A DNA stretch of 64,000 nt, taken from the NCBI GenBank assembly GCA_964349835.1, contig CAYGID010000001.1:43973-107972 (forward strand). The letters run 5' to 3'. The stretch's first letter is position 1; every line of letters begins with the position of its first letter. Shown piece after piece: positions 57,052 through 64,000 of this stretch. Below the pieces are notes generated by a model. It made no database searches and was not told the DNA's origin. It saw only the letters and a program-made list of their open reading frames with translations. This DNA is from an uncultured Bacteroidales bacterium. GTDB taxonomy: Bacteria; Bacteroidota; Bacteroidia; Bacteroidales; UBA4181. Made by a program: the position numbers and the translations under genes.

Positions 57052-58077
57052 TTACAAAAGATTCTTCATCTGTTTCTCGAGTGTTTCCATTCGAGTACGG
57101 AAGTCGGCCAAATGTCTGAAGAGAGCCGCTGCACGGAGGTAATCGCGAAGTTTGAAGGCAGGCGAACCCATTACATCCTCGCCCGATTTCACGTTGCCCA
57201 TAATTCCCGATTGAGCCCCGATTTTTACATTATCGCCCACTACAGCGTGGCCGGCAATTCCGACCTGCCCGCCAAACATACAGTGGCTTCCTATCCGTGT
57301 CGACCCCGAAATGCCGGTTTGCGAAGCAATCACGGTGTGTTCGCCCACTTCCACATTATGCGCAATCTGGATCAAATTGTCGAGTTTGGTGCCCTTCCGA
57401 ATCCGGGTAGAGCCCATGGTTGCCCTGTCGATGCAACTGTTTGCCCCAATCTCAACTTGGTCTTCTATCACTACGTTGCCAATTTGGGGAATCTTTTTGT
57501 AGACGCCGTTGTGGGGGGCAAAACCAAACCCGTCGGCACCGATTACGGCACCCGAATGCAGAATGCACCCCTTTCCGATGCGACATCCGGCATACACCTT
57601 AACACCGGCGTACAGAGTGGTATCGTCGCCCACCTCTACGCCATCGCCCAGATAAACCTGGGGAAAGATCCGCACGTTGTTTCCAATGCGTACGTTCCGA
57701 CCAACTACGACGAAGGCGCCGATATAGGGGTTTTCGCCAATCTGCGCCGATTCGGAGATGCTCACCTGCGTGTCGATACCTGTTTCGCGGGGTTTGGCCG
57801 CTTCGTACAACTCCAGCAGCACTGCCAGCGACTGATAGGGGTCGTCTACTCTGATAAGGGTGGTCGAGACCGGCGAAGCAAGAAGCAACTCGTTCGAAAC
57901 CAACACAACCGACGCTTGGGTGGTGTAGAGGTATTTTTCGTATTTAGGGTTCGACAAGAAACAGAGCGTTCCCGGCTTTCCCTCCTCAATTTTTGAAATG
58001 CCGCTGACCGTTATCAGGGGGTTGCCCTCAATACGGCCCTGCAGCACGTCGGCAATCATTTTGGCAGTGAATTCCAT
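57052..58077 (-). CDS. lpxD: UDP-3-O-(3-hydroxyacyl)glucosamine N-acyltransferase
   Basis: 341 aa with an N-terminal uridine-binding domain and hexapeptide repeats. Confidence 0.95.
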   Translation of the reverse strand: MEFTAKMIADVLQGRIEGNPLITVSGISKIEEGKPGTLCFLSNPKYEKYLYTTQASVVLVSNELLLASPVSTTLIRVDDPYQSLAVLLELYEAAKPRETGIDTQVSISESAQIGENPYIGAFVVVGRNVRIGNNVRIFPQVYLGDGVEVGDDTTLYAGVKVYAGCRIGKGCILHSGAVIGADGFGFAPHNGVYKKIPQIGNVVIEDQVEIGANSCIDRATMGSTRIRKGTKLDNLIQIAHNVEVGEHTVIASQTGISGSTRIGSHCMFGGQVGIAGHAVVGDNVKIGAQSGIMGNVKSGEDVMGSPAFKLRDYLRAAALFRHLADFRTRMETLEKQMKNLL

Positions 58078-58117
58078 TGAGTCGTGGCAAATTTGGGCAA
58101 AGGTAAAAATTTATTTC

Positions 58118-59395
58118 TTAGAAAATTCCCTCTTTGGGATAGCAGAGGTAATGCTTCTCAACCATTTTGGCTAATCCTGCAAGATTTTCCATATCGGAAA
58201 CCTCGTAAAGGTCGCGAAGGGTTCCATCCTTCATCTGAATCAGGATCTTTGCAGAGTCGGGATTGTAGGCATGATTCACAATCTGACCCTGAAAAACAAA
58301 GTAGGCGGCCTCTTCGGACGAAAGCCCCCAAGCCGCAGAAACGGCATGCCTTCGCTGCTCAATCAGCGCGTAGTCGAAGGAGTCGGTCTGAATCTCGGTA
58401 CGAAAGAGCCTGCGGGCCATAAAAGCGTGCGAAAGCCGTGAGAGCACCCTGTCGTGATGCGAAGCCCAGGTCTTAACCGAAACCAGCACATCGTCGTCGG
58501 AAAGCGCCGCATACTGGTTGAGCAGTTGGGAGGGTTCGTACCCTCCGGCTCCGCGCAGGAAAAAGGCCAGAGCAGGAGAGGCAAAGAGCGACTCGCCTTG
58601 GGAGGCCAACCACCGAGCCCTCTCCAAAATTCGGATTAAGAGCATCTCGACCGAAATGGCCGTTTTATGATAATAGACCTGCCAATACATTAATCGACGG
58701 GCAATCAGAAACTTCTCTATAGAATAAATCCCTTTGGCCTCCACGGCCAACTCGTCGTTGCAAACGGCAAGCATCTTGATAATTCGGTCGGAACTAACCA
58801 CCCCCTCAATAACCCCGGTAAAAAAGCTGTCGCGCTTGAGATAGTCGAGTCGATCCATATCTAATTGCCCGGAAACCAACCGATGGAGAAATTTCTTGTG
58901 ATACCTGCCGCTGAAAATCTCGATGGCCAGTGAAAGGCGCCCTCCCGTTTGACGATTGAGCTCCTCCATAAACATAAGCGAAAGTGTCTCATGCCCGAAA
59001 CCGGTTACAATCGACGATTCGAGCGCATGAGAGAAGGGGCCGTGCCCGATATCGTGCAACAAAATGGCAATCATAACTGCTTCGGCCTCGTTGTCGGAGA
59101 TGTCGCAACCTTTGCTCCGAAGCACATCGATTACCTGATCCATCAGGTGCATGGCCCCCAAGGCATGTTGAAAGCGGGTATGCTGGGCCCCGGGGTATAC
59201 AAAGTGGGCCAGCCCCAACTGCCTGATCCAGCGGAGGCGCTGAAACCAAGGGTGCTCAATCAGCGTAAGGCAGAGCGCCGTGGGAATGCGCATAAAGCCG
59301 TGCACCGGATCGTTCACAATTTTCGGCTTATAAGGCAAGTTGACCATAATCGGGGTGAAGATTATACTCCCGCAAAGATGCCATCTTTTTTTCAT
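58118..59395 (-). CDS. HD-domain phosphohydrolase (dNTPase/SAMHD1-like family)
   Basis: NDPVHGF, RLRWIRQLG and the metal motif LLHDIGHGPFSH. An alternative start is the ATG at 59347 (MVNLPYKPK). Confidence 0.8.
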   Translation of the reverse strand: MKKRWHLCGSIIFTPIMVNLPYKPKIVNDPVHGFMRIPTALCLTLIEHPWFQRLRWIRQLGLAHFVYPGAQHTRFQHALGAMHLMDQVIDVLRSKGCDISDNEAEAVMIAILLHDIGHGPFSHALESSIVTGFGHETLSLMFMEELNRQTGGRLSLAIEIFSGRYHKKFLHRLVSGQLDMDRLDYLKRDSFFTGVIEGVVSSDRIIKMLAVCNDELAVEAKGIYSIEKFLIARRLMYWQVYYHKTAISVEMLLIRILERARWLASQGESLFASPALAFFLRGAGGYEPSQLLNQYAALSDDDVLVSVKTWASHHDRVLSRLSHAFMARRLFRTEIQTDSFDYALIEQRRHAVSAAWGLSSEEAAYFVFQGQIVNHAYNPDSAKILIQMKDGTLRDLYEVSDMENLAGLAKMVEKHYLCYPKEGIF

Positions 59396-59441
59396 TTACG
59401 GGTTTAATTGCGTAACATTGCCTCACTAGTAGAGGCACCGT

Positions 59442-61853
59442 ATGTGGTTTTTATTCAGAAAAGAGATTCAATCATTTTTTTCGTCTCTTGCCGGTTATCT
59501 GGTACTTGCCCTGTTTGCTCTGGCCACGGCGCTTTTTCTCTGGATTCTTCCGGGACCCCTTAACCTACAGGAGCAGAAATATGCCGTTCTCGACCCGCTA
59601 TTTGAGATGGCGCCATGGCTCTTTCTCTTTTTGGTACCGGCCATCACTATGCGCAGTTTTGCCGAAGAGAAAAAGAACGGCACGCTCGACATTCTCTATG
59701 CCAAACCGCTGAGCGACTCCTCCCTCATTCTGGGTAAGTTTTTCGGATCGCTTGCCCTGCTGGGTCTCTCCCTGCTGGTGGTTCCCCTCTATCTGATAAC
59801 CCTGGCACACCTCTCCTCCCCACCGGGCCAGCTCGACTCGGGCGCTATCTGGGGCGGCATTCTGGGCCTTTTAATGCTGGGAGGCCTCTATACCGCAGTA
59901 GGTATCTTTGCCTCGACCGTCACCAACAACCAGATAGTGGCCTTTTTAACGGCCGTACTCCTCTCTCTGTTCCTTTACCAGGGATTTGAGTGGATTGCCC
60001 TGGCAACCTCCTTCAACAAGGCACCGCTTTTCTGGCAGGAGATGGGACTGCAGGCTCATTACCACTCAATCCGCAGGGGCGTGTTCGACACGCGCGACGC
60101 CCTCTACTGCCTTACGGTTACTGCCGGTTTTCTACTGTTGAGCCATCGGGTACTCTATCACCGACACGGCAGCGATGCCCTGGCGGGTCGGGCACAAAAA
60201 AGAGCGAGCGGCAGGCTACTGTTGGGAATGGCTCTGCTGGCTCTCCTGTTGGTCGGCTCGCGCTACGGGTTTGTGCGGCTGGACCTTACTTCGGGCCAGC
60301 GATTTACCCTTTCGGCTTATACAAAGGAGAGGCTCTCAAAGATAGACCAACCCCTGAAGGTGACCCTGCTGCTCAATGGAGCACTTCCGGCCGAATTTTC
60401 GCGTATGCAACGAGATGTGGAGGAGTTCCTTTGGGAGTGCAATGTCTGGGCTTCGCAACCGGTTCTGATAGAAAAAGTGAACTGGCAAAAGATGTCGGCT
60501 CGCGAACGGGATGAGCAGAGCAACTTCTGGATGGAAAAGGGATTTGTGCCTTTCGATGTGGAGGAGAGAGCCCCTGACGGAACGCTGAAAAGGTTGTCGA
60601 TCTTCCCCGGCATCTACCTCTCCGCAACGAAAGGAGCCATTGCCGTGAACCTGTTGCAGCACAACAGCCGTGTATCGCTTGGCGATCCGCTGCATTCGGC
60701 TATCGAAATGCTGGAATATGAATTCATCTCGGCGCTTCGTACCCTGCAACAGGAGCAAATAGAAAAGATTGCCTTCCTGGAGGGACACGGCGAATGGAAT
60801 GAGTGGGAAACGGAGGATATTTCGCGCGAACTCTCGCGTCGTTTTCAGGTTGACCGGGGCAGCGCTGGCGAGAACTACAACCTGCTGAATGCCTACAAGG
60901 TGTTGATTGTGGCCGGACCTAAAAGACCCTTTGCCGAAGCCGACAAGCGGGCAATAGACAGTTACCTGATGCAGGGAGGGCGCATCTTATGGCTGGCCGA
61001 CGGGGTATGGGTCGATACCGACAGCCTCGCCACGGGTCGTACACTAGCCTATGCTCCCGATTGGGGCGCCGACGATCTCCTCTTTACCTACGGGGTTCGG
61101 ATTGCCCCTTCGCTACTTCGCGACCGGCAGTGCAGTTTTATGGTTGTGAGCCGAAGAGGAACCGATGGACAATCGACCCTCACCCCCATTCCCTGGCCTT
61201 TTTGGCCCCTGCTCTCGCCCGGCGGAAACCATCCTCTTTCGAAACACAGCGGCCTGATTCTGGCCCGATATGCCAGCCCCATCGATACCGTTGGCGAAAA
61301 CCTTGATGTACGAAAAACTATACTGCTGGCTACTTCGAAGAGCGCCCAACTGCTTTCGACACCTGCTGCCATCGACCTGAACAGCGAAAGCCTTCCCGAA
61401 GCAGAGGGGGGGCACTCCTATCCGGTGGCTATATTGCTTGAGGGTCAATTTCCTTCGCTCTTCCGCAACAGAGAGCCTCTGATTCGTGAGGGTAAGCCGA
61501 TAACAAAAAGCGAACCCACCCGGATGATTGTGATTTCGGATGCCGATATGATTAGGAATGAGGTGAAGATGACCCCTTCGGGCCCTATGGTGGCCCCTCT
61601 CGGTTACGATGAGGCTACTCGGCAATGGTTTGGAAACAAAGAGCTGATAGCCAACTTTGTATACTACTTAGCCGACGAAACCGAACTGGCCGCCTTGCGC
61701 AACCGGAGTGTAGCGCAGTATCCTATCGACAGGCTGAAGATGGAGAAGGAGAAGCACTTTTGGAAGGCTTTTCATTTGGCTTTTCCGCCTCTGCTTTTGG
61801 CTATTGCTGCTCTGGCCGTGACCGCTCTGCGCAGGCGCAGATATGCCCGGTAA
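59442..61853 (+). CDS. gldF/gldG: Fusion protein: GldF-like ABC-2 permease (N-terminal ~240 aa) plus GldG-like ABC-transporter auxiliary/periplasmic component (C-terminal ~560 aa)
   Basis: A single uninterrupted 803-aa ORF. The N-terminal part has about six TM helices (FRKEIQSFFSSLAGYLVLALF...). A basic linker (HRHGSDALAGRAQKRASG) is followed by a TM helix, RLDLTSGQRFTLS, a large soluble region and a final TM anchor (LAFPPLLLAIAALAVTAL). Confidence 0.72.
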   Translation: MWFLFRKEIQSFFSSLAGYLVLALFALATALFLWILPGPLNLQEQKYAVLDPLFEMAPWLFLFLVPAITMRSFAEEKKNGTLDILYAKPLSDSSLILGKFFGSLALLGLSLLVVPLYLITLAHLSSPPGQLDSGAIWGGILGLLMLGGLYTAVGIFASTVTNNQIVAFLTAVLLSLFLYQGFEWIALATSFNKAPLFWQEMGLQAHYHSIRRGVFDTRDALYCLTVTAGFLLLSHRVLYHRHGSDALAGRAQKRASGRLLLGMALLALLLVGSRYGFVRLDLTSGQRFTLSAYTKERLSKIDQPLKVTLLLNGALPAEFSRMQRDVEEFLWECNVWASQPVLIEKVNWQKMSARERDEQSNFWMEKGFVPFDVEERAPDGTLKRLSIFPGIYLSATKGAIAVNLLQHNSRVSLGDPLHSAIEMLEYEFISALRTLQQEQIEKIAFLEGHGEWNEWETEDISRELSRRFQVDRGSAGENYNLLNAYKVLIVAGPKRPFAEADKRAIDSYLMQGGRILWLADGVWVDTDSLATGRTLAYAPDWGADDLLFTYGVRIAPSLLRDRQCSFMVVSRRGTDGQSTLTPIPWPFWPLLSPGGNHPLSKHSGLILARYASPIDTVGENLDVRKTILLATSKSAQLLSTPAAIDLNSESLPEAEGGHSYPVAILLEGQFPSLFRNREPLIREGKPITKSEPTRMIVISDADMIRNEVKMTPSGPMVAPLGYDEATRQWFGNKELIANFVYYLADETELAALRNRSVAQYPIDRLKMEKEKHFWKAFHLAFPPLLLAIAALAVTALRRRRYAR

Positions 61854-61864
61854 TAGACCCTGAT

Positions 61865-62527
61865 CTACCAGCCGGCAATCGGGGTTACATTGCCCACCAC
61901 TTTATCGCCCTCTTTCACCGAGATATCGGTATCGAGCGGGAGAAAGAGGTCGACACGCGAGCCGAACTTGATAAAGCCCAACTCCTCGCCCTGCACAACG
62001 CTTTGACCCTCTTTTGCGTAACAGACCACTCTGCGGGCCACTGCGCCCGCTATCTGGCGAACCAGGATTTCGCGACCCTTTGCATCCTTGATAACAACCG
62101 AAGAGCGCTCATTCTCGGACGACGATTTGGGATGCCAAGCCACTAGGTTTGCCCCGGGATGATAGGCCGAAAAGACCACAGTGCCACTAATGGCATAGCG
62201 ATTCACATGCACGTTGAGGGGGCTCATAAAAACTGAGACCTGCAGGCGTTCATCTTTGAAGTATTCGGGTTCGAACACCTTTGTTACCACCACAACCTGC
62301 CCGTCGGCCGGGCAGAGAATCACCGCCTCATCGGGGGTAACAGGACGCAAAGGATTGCGGAAAAACCACAACAGGAAGAGAAAAAAGAGGAGCGAAGCGG
62401 CAGGCAAAAGCCACGAAAAAAAGTGCGAGGGTTTAAAGAACCAGTAAACGAGTACGTTTAACAGGATCAACAGGAATAAGCCACCTGCCAGAATCATGAT
62501 GCCTTCGTGATGAATTCGAATTTCCAA
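61865..62527 (-). CDS. psd: Phosphatidylserine decarboxylase proenzyme
   Basis: 220 aa with two N-terminal TM helices and the self-cleavage region GFIKFGSRVD. The start is a TTG at 62527, with an alternative ATG at 62497. Confidence 0.9.
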   Translation of the reverse strand: MEIRIHHEGIMILAGGLFLLILLNVLVYWFFKPSHFFSWLLPAASLLFFLFLLWFFRNPLRPVTPDEAVILCPADGQVVVVTKVFEPEYFKDERLQVSVFMSPLNVHVNRYAISGTVVFSAYHPGANLVAWHPKSSSENERSSVVIKDAKGREILVRQIAGAVARRVVCYAKEGQSVVQGEELGFIKFGSRVDLFLPLDTDISVKEGDKVVGNVTPIAGW

Positions 62528-62545
62528 GATGGTAGGATATGGGGG

Positions 62546-63370
62546 TTAATAAACAAAGATACGCAAATAGAGATAAACGATGGGCGAGGCAAGAAGAACC
62601 GAATCGAATCGGTCGAGCAACCCTCCGTGGCCGGGAAGCATAGTGCCCGAATCTTTGATGTTGAGGCTCCTTTTTAACATCGATTCATTCAGGTCGCCGT
62701 AAACCCCGAAGATTGAGATGATGACCGCCATCGCCACCCAGTCGGCAGGCCTGAGGATTGGGAAGCTAAGCGAAAGAATAAAGGCCACCGTTAACGAAAG
62801 GAGGGCGCCGCCGGCAACCCCTTCCCACGATTTCTTAGGGGAGATCCGCTTAAAGAGCCGGTGTTTCCCAAAACGGCGTCCTGCCAGGTAAGCACCCGAA
62901 TCATTGGCCCAAAGCAGGAAAAAGAAGCCCAGCAGCACCTCAGGAGTAAAAAAGATTTCGCCCTCCTTATGTAAAAAAATGAAGTAGTTGAAGAGCGAAA
63001 AGGGGAGTGCAATGTACAAGACTCCGAGAATAGAGACCGCAATGTTGTCGAAGGGGCGCAGATTACCCTTATAGAGCTCAGAAATAAAGGTCATTACCAG
63101 AATAGGTATCAGGATCAAGAAGATATCCTCATCGACAACGGCTTGGGCGTGAAAAAAAGAGATGACAAAGAGGAGTACCCCCGTGAGAGTACCCAGATGC
63201 CTTTGGGCAAGAAGACGTCGCTTAATAACAATCCGGTAGAATTCGTAGATGGTGCCCCCGGTAATGAAAGCAAAGAGCGACAAGAAGGTGAGGGGGTGTA
63301 CCCATATCCCGGCTACAAGCAAAGCAACGAATAACGCCCCTGTGATGGATCGTTTCAGTAGTTCGTTCAC
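62546..63370 (-). CDS. cdsA: Phosphatidate cytidylyltransferase
   Basis: 274 aa polytopic membrane protein with signature SMLKRSLNIKDSGTMLPGHGGLLDRFDS. Confidence 0.92.
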   Translation of the reverse strand: MNELLKRSITGALFVALLVAGIWVHPLTFLSLFAFITGGTIYEFYRIVIKRRLLAQRHLGTLTGVLLFVISFFHAQAVVDEDIFLILIPILVMTFISELYKGNLRPFDNIAVSILGVLYIALPFSLFNYFIFLHKEGEIFFTPEVLLGFFFLLWANDSGAYLAGRRFGKHRLFKRISPKKSWEGVAGGALLSLTVAFILSLSFPILRPADWVAMAVIISIFGVYGDLNESMLKRSLNIKDSGTMLPGHGGLLDRFDSVLLASPIVYLYLRIFVY

Positions 63371-63382
63371 GATTCAACAGTT

Positions 63383-64000
63383 TCAAGAAAATGTTCGTTC
63401 TCCGTTTTCGGCTTTTTCGGTTCCGCCGCTCTCTACGGTAGTCTCGTTGTCGCGCAACTCGCCCGAAGCGTTTTCGGATTCAGGAATTGGGGAGTCGCCG
63501 TCATGCTCTTCGGGCAAAGCAGAACTTTCGGCCTCGGCTTCGGCAATGATCTGACCCGAAATGGGCAAATCCTCGCTTTTCCACTGACGTTCGCCAAAAA
63601 TATGTTCAAGGTCTTCTCGGAAAATCACCTCCGACTCTAAAAGGCGGTTGGCCAGCTTCTCGAACCCCTCGCGGTGGTCGGTTAAAACCTGCTTTGCTCT
63701 CTGGTAAGCCTCAGAAATAATTTCGGCTGTCTCCCTGTCTATAATCTCTGCTGTCTTTTCGCTATAAGGCTTCTGAAACGAGAATTCGGCCGAATTAGAG
63801 GAGTCGAAAAAACTCTTGTTCCTTAGCTCTTTTCCCATACCGTAGTAGGCCACCATGGCAAAGGCCTGTTTGGTAACCCGCTCCAGGTCGTTCAACGCCC
63901 CGGTAGAGACCGTACCGAACACCAACTCCTCGGCCGCACGCCCCCCGAGAACAGCACACATCTCGTCGAGAATCTGTTCGACCGTGGTAATCTGCCGTTC
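63383..64000 (-). CDS. ftsH: ATP-dependent zinc metalloprotease FtsH, C-terminal part (5' end lies outside the window)
   Basis: The frame is open to the window edge. ...ILDEMCAVLGGRAAEELVFGTVSTGALNDLERVTKQA is the M41 peptidase C-terminal region, followed by an acidic tail. Confidence 0.9.
   Translation of the reverse strand, partial: ERQITTVEQILDEMCAVLGGRAAEELVFGTVSTGALNDLERVTKQAFAMVAYYGMGKELRNKSFFDSSNSAEFSFQKPYSEKTAEIIDRETAEIISEAYQRAKQVLTDHREGFEKLANRLLESEVIFREDLEHIFGERQWKSEDLPISGQIIAEAEAESSALPEEHDGDSPIPESENASGELRDNETTVESGGTEKAENGERTFS

Noticed and set aside
57019-57996. A 325-aa antisense ORF opposite lpxD, and a similar 306-aa one (54582-55502) opposite lpxA
   Set aside because: Hexapeptide-repeat genes with biased codon usage generate open antisense frames. 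The sense frames are unambiguous LpxD and LpxA.
1-64000. Scanned for CRISPR arrays, IS elements or transposases, integrases, phage genes, rRNA operons, and known defence or secondary-metabolite clusters
   Set aside because: None were seen. The only repeats are short in-gene tandem repeats and one intergenic decamer, and every ORF of 100 aa or more that is not a shadow frame has a housekeeping or envelope-type assignment.

Overview
This window reads as a core chromosomal segment of a Bacteroidota genome. The evidence is lineage markers: gldH, a gldF/gldG-type gene, a T9SS C-terminal sorting domain, a hybrid two-component regulator with an AraC tail, a fused lpxC/fabZ gene, and repeated TAnnTTTG promoter boxes 15-35 nt upstream of gene starts. 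I can support about 57 protein genes, 2 tRNAs (Ser-CGA, Arg-CCG), several rho-independent terminators and about 15 promoter boxes. Most genes are housekeeping: rpoN (3' end), rdgB, ilvE, metK, trmB, holB, radC, folD, ffh, argS, rsmG, rpmH, rluD, ddl, leuS, hisS, ettA, aroE, glgB, rpmE2, lpxD-lpxC/fabZ-lpxA, psd, cdsA and ftsH (3' end). I found no CRISPR array, IS element, integrase, phage genes or recognisable defence, toxin or biosynthetic cluster. I do not see a convincing novel multi-gene system here. The observations most worth a second look are: (1) a single 803-aa ORF fusing a GldF-like ABC-2 permease to a GldG-like auxiliary protein, with no ATPase gene beside it; (2) a roughly 0.8-kb low-GC islet carrying a lone XRE-type regulator between a hybrid two-component sensor and a GH43 gene; (3) a 433-nt gene-free spacer with tandem minus-strand terminators and no gene to terminate, a candidate sRNA or micro-protein locus; (4) an unlisted 43-codon lipoprotein ORF; (5) a solitary phosphosulfolactate synthase (ComA); (6) long low-complexity tails on TrmB, PSP1 and TatA. 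The many long antisense ORFs in the track (up to 775 aa opposite leuS) are shadow ORFs. All calls rest on reading motifs by eye; no database search was run.
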